A stretch of DNA of 64,000 nt. Origin: Deltaproteobacteria bacterium. Lineage in GTDB: Bacteria; Myxococcota; Myxococcia; Myxococcales; 40CM-4-68-19. The translations under genes were made by a program, and so were the position numbers. The DNA lies in NCBI GenBank assembly GCA_005879315.1, contig VBLC01000036.1, positions 22,002 through 86,001 on the forward strand, given 5' to 3'. Numbering within the stretch: position 1 is the stretch's first letter; each line of letters begins with the position of its first letter. The notes under the pieces are model-generated. The model searched no databases and had not been told where the DNA came from. It saw only the letters and a program-made list of their open reading frames with translations. Below are positions 1 through 9,534 of the stretch, in pieces.

Positions 1-167
1 AAGCGGAGCAGGCGCTGCAGGGGCAGTCGCCGGAGCGTGTCGCCTTCCAGCGCGCGGCGGAGATCGCCGTGCGCGGAGCGCAGACGCGGCGGGACAACGC
101 CTTCAAGATGGAGCTGGCCCGGCGCACGGCCGTGCGCGCGCTCACGCTGGCGGCGGAGGGGGCATGA
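1..167 (+). CDS. 3' end of xanthine dehydrogenase family FAD-binding subunit (YagS/PaoB-like), partial
   Basis: The frame starting at nt 3 reads ...AEIAVRGAQTRRDNAFKMELARRTAVRALTLAAEGA*, the N-x-FK-x-x-LA-x-R-x-x-x-RAL C-terminus typical of YagS. Its TGA overlaps the next ATG (ATGA at 164-167). Confidence 0.8.
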   Translation, partial: AEQALQGQSPERVAFQRAAEIAVRGAQTRRDNAFKMELARRTAVRALTLAAEGA

Positions 168-2290
168 AGAACATCGGCGATCCGCTGCCGCGCGTCGACG
201 GCCCCGCCAAAGTGACGGGCGCCGCGCGCTACGCCTACGAATGGCAGGTGCCGGGCATGGCCTACGCGGTCCTGGTCACGAGCAACACCGCGCGCGGCCG
301 GGTGCTGGAGGTCGACGCCTCCGCCGCGACACGCGAGCCAGGCGTCCTTGCCGTGCTCACACCGCAGAACGCAATGCGCCTGCCGGGGCCGACGCAGGGA
401 GAACCGCCCGACCGCGTCGTGCAAGCGCTGCAGGACGATCGCGTCTACTTCAGCAACCAGCCGGTCGCTGTGGCGGTCGCAGACACCTTCGAGCGGGCCG
501 TCCACGCCGCGCTGATGGTCCGGATCCGCTCCGAGCCGGCCCGCCATACCGTGCGCCTCGAGGACGAGCTGGCCAACGCCGTCCCGCATGATCTCATCGC
601 GGGAGGCCGCTCCATCCCCGCCGACGAGGCCCGCGGCGACGTCGCGCGGGGCCTGCGCGAGGCGGATGCGCGCGTCGAGCAGACGTACGAGACTCCGCCC
701 GAGACGCACAACCCGATGGAGCCGCACGCGACCGTCGCGGTCTGGGAGGCTCCCGACCGGCTCACGGTCTACGACTCGACGCAGTGGGTCTTCGCCGTGC
801 AGCGCAAGCTCGCTCGCGCCTTCGCGATGCCGAAAGAGAACGTGCACGTCATCGCCAAATTCGTCGGAGGCGCCTTCGGCAGCAAGGGCTCACCCTGGTC
901 GCACGTCCTGCTCACGGCGATGGCGGCGAAGCAGGTGGGGCGGCCGGTGAAGCTCGCGCTGATGCGGCCGCACATGTTCGGCATGGTGGGCGGGCGGCCG
1001 CACACGCGCCAGAAGCTCGCGCTGGGCGCGCGCAAGGACGGCCGCCTCACCGCGCTGTCGCACCAGAGCGCCTCGGCCACCTCGCGTTTCGACGTCTTCG
1101 TCGAAGGATGCGCCCTGCAGGCGCGGCACCTCTACGCCTGCCCCAACATCGAGAGCAAGCATCGCATCGTCCGGCTCGACATCGGCACGCCCACCTTCAT
1201 GCGCGCGCCGGGGGAGGCGAGCGGCAGCTTCGCGCTGGAGTCGGCGCTCGACGAGCTGGCGGTCGCGCTCGACCTCGATCCGCTCGAGCTGCGCCTCAAG
1301 AACCATGCGGAGAAAGATCCGATCGAGGACCGGCCCTTCTCCAGCAAGTCGCTGCGCGCCTGCTACGCCGAGGGCGCACGCCGCTTCGGCTGGGAGAAGC
1401 GATCGGCGCGGCCGCGCGCGCAGACGCGCGAGGGGATGCTGGTGGGAATGGGCATGGCCACCGCGGCCTATCCGGGCAACTTCGCCCCGGCCCAGGCGCT
1501 CGCGCGCATGAACGCGGACGGCACCGCGCTCGTGCAGAGCGGCATGCTCGAGGTGGGCAACGGCGCCTATACGGTAATGAGGCAGGTGGCAGCCGACGCG
1601 CTCGGCCTTCCCGTCGAGAAGGTGCGCTTCGATCTGGGCGACAGCACCATGCCCGAGGCGCCCATCACGGCTGGCTCGATCTCGACCGCGAGCGTCGGCT
1701 CCGCGGTCCTCCTCGTCTGCCGCGCGCTTCGCCAGCGGCTCGAACAGATGGGAGCGAGCGGCGCCGCCTCCTACGCGGAGGTCGTCCAGCGGGCGGGCGG
1801 CGCTCCCATCGAGGAGCGGAGCAAGGCCGCGCCGGGCGAGGAGCGCAAACGCTACACGATGCTCGGCCACGGCGCGCAGTTCGCGGAGGTGCTGGTCGAT
1901 CCCGAGCTGGGGATGGTGCGCGTCGCGCGGCTGGTCGGCGCCTTTGCCTGCGGCCGCGTGCTCAATGCTCGGCTGGCTCGCAGCCAGCTGATGGGCGGCA
2001 TGGTCTGGGGAATCGGCATGGCGCTGCACGAGCACAGCGTCTACGACGAGAAGCTGGGCCGCATCATCTCGCGCGACCTCGCCGACTATCACGTGGCGTC
2101 CAATGCCGACGTGCAGTCGATCGAGCCCATTCTCGTCGAGGAGGAGGACACCGTGGTCGATCCCGCCGGGGTCAAGGGCATGGGCGAGATCGGCACGTGC
2201 GGTGCGGCGGCAGCGATCGCGAACGCCGTCTTCAATGCGACCGGCAGGCGAATCCGCTCGCTGCCGATCACGCCCGACAACCTGCTCTGA
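164..2290 (+). CDS. xanthine dehydrogenase family molybdopterin-binding subunit (YagR/PaoC-like)
   Basis: N-terminus RVDGPAKVTGAARYA; HNPMEPHATVA, VGGAFGSKG, MRAPGE, GRVLNARLARSQLMGGMVWGIG; C-terminus KGMGEIG...RIRSLPITPDNLL. Confidence 0.93.
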   Translation: MKNIGDPLPRVDGPAKVTGAARYAYEWQVPGMAYAVLVTSNTARGRVLEVDASAATREPGVLAVLTPQNAMRLPGPTQGEPPDRVVQALQDDRVYFSNQPVAVAVADTFERAVHAALMVRIRSEPARHTVRLEDELANAVPHDLIAGGRSIPADEARGDVARGLREADARVEQTYETPPETHNPMEPHATVAVWEAPDRLTVYDSTQWVFAVQRKLARAFAMPKENVHVIAKFVGGAFGSKGSPWSHVLLTAMAAKQVGRPVKLALMRPHMFGMVGGRPHTRQKLALGARKDGRLTALSHQSASATSRFDVFVEGCALQARHLYACPNIESKHRIVRLDIGTPTFMRAPGEASGSFALESALDELAVALDLDPLELRLKNHAEKDPIEDRPFSSKSLRACYAEGARRFGWEKRSARPRAQTREGMLVGMGMATAAYPGNFAPAQALARMNADGTALVQSGMLEVGNGAYTVMRQVAADALGLPVEKVRFDLGDSTMPEAPITAGSISTASVGSAVLLVCRALRQRLEQMGASGAASYAEVVQRAGGAPIEERSKAAPGEERKRYTMLGHGAQFAEVLVDPELGMVRVARLVGAFACGRVLNARLARSQLMGGMVWGIGMALHEHSVYDEKLGRIISRDLADYHVASNADVQSIEPILVEEEDTVVDPAGVKGMGEIGTCGAAAAIANAVFNATGRRIRSLPITPDNLL

Positions 2291-2313
2291 ATGGTGCGCG
2301 ACCGCTGGCGCCA

Positions 2314-2922
2314 TCAGCGGCGCTTGCCCTCGCGTTCCCGAAGCGCTGCGGTCACGTCGGCGAGGCCCAGGCCGTGCGACTGCAAGAGCACGAGCGCGTG
2401 ATAGAGCAGGTCGGCCGCTTCCTCGGCGATCTCCTCCTTCTTGCCGCGCAAAGACGCAGTGATCAGCTCGGCGGCCTCCTCGCCGATCTTCTTGTGCCGG
2501 AGCACTTCGTCGGCGAAGAGCTTCGCGGTGTACGAACCCTTCGGCGGATCGATCTTCCGCGACCGCAGCACGGCTTCGAGCGCCGCGAGAGTCTCGCCCG
2601 GCGCGGGGGGCGCGTCTTGCAGCACCTCGAAGAAGCAGGAGCGCGCGCCGGTGTGGCAGGCGGGCCCGGCTGGATCGACGCGGACCAGCACCGCATCGCG
2701 ATCGCAGTCGAGCCGCACGGCCTTGACCGCCTGGGTGTTGCCGCTGGTCGCGCCCTTGACCCACAGCTCTTTGCGGCTGCGGCTGAAGAAGGTGGCCTTG
2801 CCGGTGGCGAGCGTCTGCTCGAGCGCCTCGCGGTTCATCCAGGCGAGCATGAGCACCTCGCCGCTCGATGCGTCCTGCACGATGGCGGGCGCGAGCCCCT
2901 CCTGATCGAATTTGAGATTCAC
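2314..2922 (-). CDS. hisIE: bifunctional phosphoribosyl-AMP cyclohydrolase / phosphoribosyl-ATP diphosphatase
   Basis: [51 protein letters not shown]. Start re-chosen at GTG 2922, which overlaps the hisF stop (GTGA). Confidence 0.95.
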   Translation of the reverse strand: MNLKFDQEGLAPAIVQDASSGEVLMLAWMNREALEQTLATGKATFFSRSRKELWVKGATSGNTQAVKAVRLDCDRDAVLVRVDPAGPACHTGARSCFFEVLQDAPPAPGETLAALEAVLRSRKIDPPKGSYTAKLFADEVLRHKKIGEEAAELITASLRGKKEEIAEEAADLLYHALVLLQSHGLGLADVTAALREREGKRR

Positions 2923-3677
2923 GCCGGCCACCGCATGGGGAATCCGCGCGCCGCGCACTGCTCCTTCACTTCGCCGATCGAGAGCGAGCCGAAATGAAAG
3001 ACCGACGCCGCCAGCGCCGCGGCTGCGCCGGCGGCGAACGCCTCGGCAAAGTGCTCCGCCTCTCCCGCGCCGCCGCTGGCGATGACCGGGACCGGCACCG
3101 CCGCCGTCGCGACCCGCAACATCTCCAGCGCGAAGCCGCGCCTCGTGCCGTCGTGGTCGATGCTGGTGAGCAGGATCTCTCCAGCGCCGCGGTCGACGGC
3201 TTCGCGCAACCAGTCGATCAAGTCGCGGCCGGTGCTGCGCGTGCCGCCGTGCGAGCGCACTTCCCAGCCAGGGCCGCGCGCCTTTGCGTCGATGGCGACC
3301 ATCGCGCTCTGCGAGCCGGCCATCTGCGCCACCGCCGTGATCAGCGACGGGTCGGAAAGGGCGGCGGTGTTCATCGAGACCTTGTCGGCTCCGGCGCGCA
3401 GCAATGCCTCGGCCTCCGCTGCGCTGCGAACGCCGCCGCCGACAGCGAAAGGAATGGCCAGCTCTCGCGCCACCCGCTCGACCAGCTGCACGAGCGTGCC
3501 GCGCGCCTCGAGCGAAGCGCTGATATCGAGAAAACAGACCTCGTCGGCGCCCGCTGCGCCATAGGCGCGGGCCTGCTCGAGGGGATCGCCGGCGTCGCGC
3601 AGCGCGGCGAAGTTGACGCCCTTGACGACGCGGCCGTCCTTGACGTCGAGGCAGGGGATGATCCGGCGCGTCAGCAC
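2919..3677 (-). CDS. hisF: imidazole glycerol phosphate synthase cyclase subunit
   Basis: [61 protein letters not shown]. Confidence 0.97.
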   Translation of the reverse strand: MLTRRIIPCLDVKDGRVVKGVNFAALRDAGDPLEQARAYGAAGADEVCFLDISASLEARGTLVQLVERVARELAIPFAVGGGVRSAAEAEALLRAGADKVSMNTAALSDPSLITAVAQMAGSQSAMVAIDAKARGPGWEVRSHGGTRSTGRDLIDWLREAVDRGAGEILLTSIDHDGTRRGFALEMLRVATAAVPVPVIASGGAGEAEHFAEAFAAGAAAALAASVFHFGSLSIGEVKEQCAARGFPMRWPA

Positions 3678-4414
3678 GGCCCCTCCAGCACCGCCTGGCC
3701 TTCGCGGATGGTGAAGCGGCCCTCGTAGAGCGCGGTACCGGCGATCGCTCCCGCGAAGGTGTGCAGTCCTGCCGCCGCCAGCACGCGCAGGTGCGAGAGA
3801 TCTCCTGCGCCGCCCGAGGCGATCAGGTGCGCGCCGGGTGCGGCCTGGGTGACGGCGCGCAACAAGGCGAGATCGAATCCCTCCAGCGTGCCGTCGCGCG
3901 AGACGGCGGTGACCACCATCCAGCGCACGCCCTGCGCGGCCAGCTCCGCGGCCAGCTCTCGCGCCGCGGGCCCGCGCGCCTCGGTCCAGCCGCGGGTGGC
4001 GGCGCGGCCCTCCTTGATGTCGAGTCCGCAGGCGACGCGATCGACCCCGAACTTTTCCACGGCATCGCCGGCCAGCGCGGGTTTTTCTACCGCGGCGGTG
4101 CCGAGGATGATCCGGCCGGCGCCGGCGTGCAGCGTCTCTTCGGCCGCCTGCAAGGTGCGGATGCCGCCACCCACCTGCACCAGCGCGGGAGCGACCGAGG
4201 CGACGATCCTCTCGATCAGCTTCGCCTGCCTCTTGCCGCCGAACGCCGCGTCGAGATCGACCAGGTGCAATTCGGAGGCGCCCTGCTCGACGAACTGCCG
4301 CGCCTGCGCTGCAGGGTCCTCGCTGTAGATCTTGTAGTGCTTCCGCTCGCCGCGCAGCAGCCGCACCGCTCGGCCCTCGAGCAGATCGATGGCGGGATAG
4401 AGCCGCGGGATCAC
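3671..4414 (-). CDS. hisA: phosphoribosylformimino-5-aminoimidazole carboxamide ribotide isomerase
   Basis: C-terminal part of track ORF 3671..5026: [51 protein letters not shown] 4414 overlaps the hisH stop. Confidence 0.95.
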   Translation of the reverse strand: MIPRLYPAIDLLEGRAVRLLRGERKHYKIYSEDPAAQARQFVEQGASELHLVDLDAAFGGKRQAKLIERIVASVAPALVQVGGGIRTLQAAEETLHAGAGRIILGTAAVEKPALAGDAVEKFGVDRVACGLDIKEGRAATRGWTEARGPAARELAAELAAQGVRWMVVTAVSRDGTLEGFDLALLRAVTQAAPGAHLIASGGAGDLSHLRVLAAAGLHTFAGAIAGTALYEGRFTIREGQAVLEGPC

Positions 4415-5010
4415 CTCCGGCCCTCCGGCATGGCGAGGAAACGCCGCAAGAGCGCCTCGCCGTCGCGGGCGCTCTTCTCCGGATGGTACTGCACTCCGTG
4501 TAGCGTGCCGCGGCCCACCACCGCCGCGATGCGCACCGGCCCGTGCTCGACGATTGCCCGCGTCACTTCGGCGGGCGCCTCGCAGCGGTAGGAATGGGCG
4601 AAATACGCCCAGCCCGAAGGCCAGAGCGGACTCTCGCTCACGGACTTGAGCCGCTGCCAGCCGATGTGCGGGATGGCCACTCCCGCCGGCAGCTTCGTCA
4701 CGCGCCCGGGAAAGAGGCCCAGACCTTCGCGCTTGCCGTCCTCCTCGCCCTCCTCGAAGAGAATCTGCATGCCGAGGCAGATGCCCAAAACCGGCGCGCC
4801 GCGCGCGAGCGCGTCCTGCAGCGCGCTCTTGAAGCGGGCGGCCCGCTCCATTCCCAGGCCGAATGCGGCGACGCCGGGCAGGACGATACGCGGCGCCCGC
4901 GCGATCGCGGCCGGGTCGTCCGAGAGCTGCGGGTCGGCTCCGGCGCGGACCAGCGCCTGCAGCACCGAGCCGAGATTGCCGAGGCCGAGATCGACGACGG
5001 CGACGTTCAC
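4411..5010 (-). CDS. hisH: imidazole glycerol phosphate synthase glutamine amidotransferase subunit
   Basis: DLGLGNLGSV, IVLPGVAAFG, VLGICLGMQ (catalytic Cys), IPHIGW, YFAHSY, QYHPEKS (His-x-Glu). Confidence 0.96.
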   Translation of the reverse strand: MNVAVVDLGLGNLGSVLQALVRAGADPQLSDDPAAIARAPRIVLPGVAAFGLGMERAARFKSALQDALARGAPVLGICLGMQILFEEGEEDGKREGLGLFPGRVTKLPAGVAIPHIGWQRLKSVSESPLWPSGWAYFAHSYRCEAPAEVTRAIVEHGPVRIAAVVGRGTLHGVQYHPEKSARDGEALLRRFLAMPEGRR

Positions 5011-5035
5011 GGTCGCGCTCCATCATCGAGCGGGT

Positions 5036-5626
5036 TCACAGGACCCCTTTGGTGCTCGGCACCGTCCCGGCGATGCGTGCGTCGAGCGCAGCCGCCTGCC
5101 GCAGCGCGCGGGCGAAGGATTTGAAGATCGCTTCCGTGCCGTGGTGGAAGTCGCGGCCGGTGAGCAAATCGATGTGCACGTTGGCCCGCGTCTTGTCGGC
5201 CAGGGCCTTGAAGAATCCCTCGAGGACGCTGAGGTCCATCGCGCTGCGCGGGCCCTGGTCGAGCGAGACGTTCCAGTGCAGGAAGCTGCGGCCGGAGAGA
5301 TCGATCACGCTGCGCGCCAGCGCTTCGTCGAGGGGAAAATAGAAGCAGCCGGCGCGGGCGATGCCGGCGCGATCGCCCAGCGCCTGATCGATGGCGCTCC
5401 CCAGCGCGATGCCGGTGTCCTCGACGGTGTGGTGCTGATCGATGTGCAGATCGCCCTTGCAGGTGATGCGCGCGTCGAAAGCGGCGTGCTTCGCCAGCGT
5501 CTCGAGCATGTGGTCGAAGAAGGGAACGCCGGTCGAGACCTGCGCCTCGCCGCGGCCGTCGAGCTCGATCTCGACAGAAAGCTCCGTCTCCTTGGTCTTG
5601 CGCTCGACCAGGCCCCTGCGGCTCAT
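5036..5626 (-). CDS. hisB: imidazoleglycerol-phosphate dehydratase (monofunctional)
   Basis: RKTKETEL, TGVPFFDHML, GDLHIDQHHTVEDTGIALG, DFHHGTEAIFK, VPSTKGVL. No N-terminal phosphatase domain. ATG 5626 overlaps the upstream stop. Confidence 0.96.
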   Translation of the reverse strand: MSRRGLVERKTKETELSVEIELDGRGEAQVSTGVPFFDHMLETLAKHAAFDARITCKGDLHIDQHHTVEDTGIALGSAIDQALGDRAGIARAGCFYFPLDEALARSVIDLSGRSFLHWNVSLDQGPRSAMDLSVLEGFFKALADKTRANVHIDLLTGRDFHHGTEAIFKSFARALRQAAALDARIAGTVPSTKGVL

Positions 5627-6483
5627 GCGTTCGCTCCTCTGCCGGTCTCCATCAAGAGGCGGGAGAGCACGCGGCTGGTGTCGCCGGGCGCCTCGACGTG
5701 GGCGTAGATGATCGGAGCGCCGCGGTCCTGCGCCGCGCGCGAGGCCGAGACGTCGTCGGCGGTGTCGCCGATGAAGAGCACCTGCGAGCCGCGCGGCGCG
5801 CCTTTGAGGAGCTCGTGGCAGAGCCAGACGAGCCCGGCCGGGTCGGGCTTGCGGGGGCGGCCATCGGCCACCCAACAGAGCGCGTCGGGAACCTTCAGCT
5901 GGCAGAGCGCCTGCGCCAGTCGCGCCTCGCCGGGATTGCGGCCGGTGTAGAGGGCGAGCGGGAACTTCTGCGCGACTGCCTCGAGCAGCGCCAGGTCGGG
6001 GAGCACCTTCTCGTTCTGCCACATCCCGCGCTCGGGCGCGTCGGCGAGCGCTTCCTCTGCGTCGAATCCGAACAGCTCGCGGCATCTGTCGCCGCCGTAG
6101 AGCGCGCCGCAGAGGCGGGCGATCTTCGCTTGCGGGAGATCGACGTCCGGATGGCGGGCGAAGAGCGCCTCGACGCCGCGGCCCTCCGCAGGGCGGAGGA
6201 ATTCCTCGAGCGGCGGCGCCCGGCCGGTGACGCGCAGAGAGAGGAGCAGGGCGATGGCGCGGGCCATTTCCCAGTCGTCGTTGAAGCCGCCCGCGGATTT
6301 GAAGGTCGGGATCTCCCGCTCGCGGTCGAACGGAACTGCGCGCGCCTTCGCCTCGCCCACCAGTGGCGCGATTGCGCGGCGGGCCGCTTCCTCGGCGACC
6401 GCGTGGTAGCTGGCGCGCGCGTCGAGAAGCACCCCGTCGACGTCGAGGATCAGTCCACGCACCGAGCCGAGCGTGAAACTCAC
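5623..6483 (-). CDS. HAD-superfamily hydrolase in the his operon, candidate histidinol-phosphate phosphatase
   Basis: C-terminal part of track ORF 5623..7938: motif I ILDVDGVLLD, GGFNDDW, motif II YTGR, motif III KPDP, motif IV IGDTADD. Coupled by GTGA/ATGA overlaps to hisC and hisB. Confidence 0.85.
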   Translation of the reverse strand: MSFTLGSVRGLILDVDGVLLDARASYHAVAEEAARRAIAPLVGEAKARAVPFDREREIPTFKSAGGFNDDWEMARAIALLLSLRVTGRAPPLEEFLRPAEGRGVEALFARHPDVDLPQAKIARLCGALYGGDRCRELFGFDAEEALADAPERGMWQNEKVLPDLALLEAVAQKFPLALYTGRNPGEARLAQALCQLKVPDALCWVADGRPRKPDPAGLVWLCHELLKGAPRGSQVLFIGDTADDVSASRAAQDRGAPIIYAHVEAPGDTSRVLSRLLMETGRGANA

Positions 6484-7559
6484 GGCGCGACCTCGGCTCG
6501 CAGCGCGGCGAGGAAGGCATCGTTCTTTTCGGGCGCGCCGATGCTGACCCGGAGAGCGTGCTCGAGGCTCTTCGCGTTCGAGACGTTGCGGATGAGCACG
6601 CCGCGGCGGAAGAGCGCCGCGTGCAGCTCGGCGGCCGGCTTTCTCGACTGCTCGAAGAGGATGAAGTTGGCGCCCGACTCGTGCACGGTGAAGTGCAGCT
6701 CGCGCAGCGCCGCCGCCATCCGCTCGCGCTCTCGAGCCACCAGGCGCGTGCGCTCGGCGATCAGCTCGGGACGCTTGATCAGCTCGCCCGCCACCAGCGA
6801 AGTCACCGCGCTCAAGTTGTAGGGCAGCTGCACCTTGCGCAGCTCGGCGCAGAGCGAGGGAGCGCCGAGCAGGCAGCCGCAGCGCAGGGCGGCGGCGGCC
6901 ATCGCCTTGGAGAAGGTGCGGAAGAGAACGAGGCGCGGATGGTCGCGCAAGAGCGGCGCGAAGTCCTGCCCGCAGAAATCGCGATAGGCCTCGTCGATGC
7001 CCACCAGGCAGGGCGCGGCTTCGCAGAGCAGCGCGACCTGATCGAGCGAGAGCGTCGTGCCGGTGGGATTGTTGGGCGAGCCGATGAGGATCAGCTTCGC
7101 CTTCTGCGCCTGCGCCGCGAGCTCCGGGACAAAAAAGCGGAACCTCCCGTCCTCGCCACGCAGGGAGACCTCGACGACGCGCGCGCCCAGCGCCGAGGCC
7201 TGCAGCGAGTACAAGGCGAAGGAGGGCGAAGCGACCACCACGGTGTCGCCCGGCTCGAGGCAGGCGAAGAGCAGGAGCTGGAGCAGCTCGTTCGATCCGT
7301 TCCCCACCAGTGCGCCGGCCGGGTCGTGGCGGTAGAGCTGGGCCAGGTCCGCCGCCAGACGCGCTCCGTCGGTGATGGGATATTTCGACCAGTCGGAAGC
7401 GCGGATGCGCGCGCTCAATTCGCGCTTGAGCTCGTCGGGAAGATCGTGCGGGCTCTCGTTGAGATGCAGCCCGACCGCGGCCGGATCGCGGGGCGGACCA
7501 TAGGCGGCGAGCGGCCGCACCGTGGCGCGCACGAAGCTCTCCGGCGCGCGCTGGCTCAT
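6480..7559 (-). CDS. hisC: histidinol-phosphate aminotransferase
   Basis: LHLNESP, VGNGSNELL, GSPNNPTG, IDEAY, RTFSKAM (PLP Lys), ANFIL, LRVSIG. Confidence 0.95.
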   Translation of the reverse strand: MSQRAPESFVRATVRPLAAYGPPRDPAAVGLHLNESPHDLPDELKRELSARIRASDWSKYPITDGARLAADLAQLYRHDPAGALVGNGSNELLQLLLFACLEPGDTVVVASPSFALYSLQASALGARVVEVSLRGEDGRFRFFVPELAAQAQKAKLILIGSPNNPTGTTLSLDQVALLCEAAPCLVGIDEAYRDFCGQDFAPLLRDHPRLVLFRTFSKAMAAAALRCGCLLGAPSLCAELRKVQLPYNLSAVTSLVAGELIKRPELIAERTRLVARERERMAAALRELHFTVHESGANFILFEQSRKPAAELHAALFRRGVLIRNVSNAKSLEHALRVSIGAPEKNDAFLAALRAEVAP

Positions 7560-8875
7560 TTGGAGGAGCCGCCTTTGCCGGCGCCGCGCGCTGCCCGAAG
7601 GGCGTAGCGTTCGAGCCGGACCTCGACTGCGCGGGCGTGGCCGTGCAAGCCCTCGGCGTGGGCGACCGTTTCGATCGCGTGCGCGTCGGCAGCGAGCTGC
7701 TCAGGCCCGTACTCGATGATGGTCTGGCGGCGGAAGAAGTCGGCCACGCCGAGCCCGGAGGCGAAGCGCGCCGTTCCACTCGTGGGCAGGGTGTGGTTGG
7801 GACCGGCGAGATAATCGCCGACCGGAACCGGCGAATGGTGGCCGAGGAAGACGGCGGCCGCGCGCCGCACTTTGGGGAGGGCCGCGGCGGCATCTTCGAC
7901 GAGCAGCTCGAGATGCTCGGGCGCCAGCTCGTCGGCAAAGGCGAGGGCTTCGTCGAGATCGCGCGCGACCACTGCGGCGCCTCGCGCCTGCAGCGACTGG
8001 GCCGCGACCGGATTCGGATGGGCTTCCAGCTCCCGCCCCAGGGCCTGCGCCGTCTTCTCCGCCAGCGCCGCGTCGGGTGTCACCAGGAGCGCGAGCGCGA
8101 GCGGGTCATGCTCGGCCTGGGCGATCAGGTCGGCCGCGATCTGGAGCGGATCGGCGCTGGAGTCGGCGACGATGACCACTTCCGTCGGGCCGGCAAGCGA
8201 GTCGATGCGCACCTCGCCCGAAAGCTGCCGCTTCGCCTCAGTGACGTAGGCGTTGCCGGGGCCGACGATGACGTCGGCGCGCGGCACGGTCTGCGTCCCC
8301 AGCGCCAGCGCGGCGATGGCCTGCGCCCCTCCGGCGAGAAGGATGCGCGTCGCGCCTGCGATGCGCGCGGCGGCCGCGACTTCGGGAAGGATGCTCCCGT
8401 CGCGCCGGGGAGGTGTGGCGACGATGACGTCGGCAACGCCAGCCAGACGCGCCACCGAGGCCGTCATGATCACCGTCGAGGGATAGGCGGCGCGGCCGCC
8501 GGGGACGTAGCAAGCGGCGCGCTGCAGCGGCACGCTGAGGCAGCGGACCACGCCGCCTTTGGCGAGCTGGATCTCATACGAGCCGGGCAGCTGCGGAGCA
8601 TGAAATGCGCGCACCCGCGCATGGGCGAGCTCGAGCGCAGCGCGGACCTGGGGCGGACATTGCCCGGCGAGCGCGTCCCAGCGCGCGCCGTCGAGAAAGA
8701 GGGAGTCGAGCCGCGCGCCGTCGTACTTCTCGGTCAGCTCGCGCACGGCCGCATCGCCCCGCGCACGGACGTCCGCGATGATCGCCGTCACCGCCGGGGG
8801 CACGGAAGAGGCGATGAGCGCCGAGGCGCGCAGGCCTGCCGCTTCCGCATCGCCGGCGCGAAGAATGCGGATCAT
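7556..8875 (-). CDS. hisD: histidinol dehydrogenase
   Basis: YVPGGRAAYPSTVIM, GGAQAIAALA, IVGPGNAYVTEAKR, IDSLAGPTEV, DLIAQAEHD, APEHLEL, GDYLAGPNHTLPT. Start set at ATG 8875 (MIRIL). Confidence 0.97.
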   Translation of the reverse strand: MIRILRAGDAEAAGLRASALIASSVPPAVTAIIADVRARGDAAVRELTEKYDGARLDSLFLDGARWDALAGQCPPQVRAALELAHARVRAFHAPQLPGSYEIQLAKGGVVRCLSVPLQRAACYVPGGRAAYPSTVIMTASVARLAGVADVIVATPPRRDGSILPEVAAAARIAGATRILLAGGAQAIAALALGTQTVPRADVIVGPGNAYVTEAKRQLSGEVRIDSLAGPTEVVIVADSSADPLQIAADLIAQAEHDPLALALLVTPDAALAEKTAQALGRELEAHPNPVAAQSLQARGAAVVARDLDEALAFADELAPEHLELLVEDAAAALPKVRRAAAVFLGHHSPVPVGDYLAGPNHTLPTSGTARFASGLGVADFFRRQTIIEYGPEQLAADAHAIETVAHAEGLHGHARAVEVRLERYALRAARGAGKGGSSK

Positions 8876-9534
8876 CCGAGCGCCTCCAGAAGCGGCAAGA
8901 GCTCCTCCACCTTCAGCCGATAGGCGGCGCGATTGACGACCAGCCGCGCGCTGACCGCCAGGAGCTCCGCGGCGATCACCAGCCCGTTCTCCTCCAGCGT
9001 CCGCCCGGTCTCGACCAGGTCGACGATCGCGTCGGTCAGGCCGCAGACCGCAGCCAGCTCCACCGAGCCGGAGAGATGGACGAGATCGACGGGCACACCA
9101 CGCTGGCCGAACCATCTCGCGCTCAGGCGCGGGTACTTGGTCGCCACCCGCAGCGAGCGGCCCAGCTCGACTCCCAGGCTCGGCCGCGCGGCAGCCAGGC
9201 CATCCTGCGCAGCTTCTTCCGCCACCTTGCTGCCGCGCGGAGCGGCCAGGCAGAGACGGCAGTTGCCGAAACCGAAATCGACCGGCGCGAGCAGATCGGC
9301 CGCCGACTCGAGCACCTGATCGAGGCCGCAGACGCCCAGGTCGGCGGTGCCCCGCTCGACGTAGAGCGGGACGTCGGAATCCTTGAGGATGACGAAGCGC
9401 GCGCTGGCGCCGGCCGGGACGATGAGCCGCCGCGTCGACGCGAGATCCTCCTCGGGCGTGATGCCGGCGCGGGCGAAGCGCTCCAGTGCCGGCCGTTGCA
9501 ACCTTCCCTTTGGGAGCGCGACGGTGAGCATCAC
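8872..9534 (-). CDS. hisG: ATP phosphoribosyltransferase, short form
   Basis: LTVALPKGRL, DVPLYVERGTADLGVCGLD, RVATKYP, LSGSVELAA, DAIVDLVETGRTLEENGL. At 220 aa it lacks the regulatory domain, consistent with the adjacent hisZ. Confidence 0.96.
   Translation of the reverse strand: MMLTVALPKGRLQRPALERFARAGITPEEDLASTRRLIVPAGASARFVILKDSDVPLYVERGTADLGVCGLDQVLESAADLLAPVDFGFGNCRLCLAAPRGSKVAEEAAQDGLAAARPSLGVELGRSLRVATKYPRLSARWFGQRGVPVDLVHLSGSVELAAVCGLTDAIVDLVETGRTLEENGLVIAAELLAVSARLVVNRAAYRLKVEELLPLLEALG

Noticed and set aside
2291-2313. Possible bidirectional terminator between xdh and hisIE
   Set aside because: Only a short imperfect GC stem with no U-tract on either strand.
784-2997. Long Arg/Ala/Gly-rich alternative-frame ORFs (784..2997, 890..2764, 12747..16364, 18687..21800, 28615..32154, 39214..42876 and similar)
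   Set aside because: These are shadow frames over well-supported genes, with the low-complexity composition typical of off-frame translation of GC-rich DNA.
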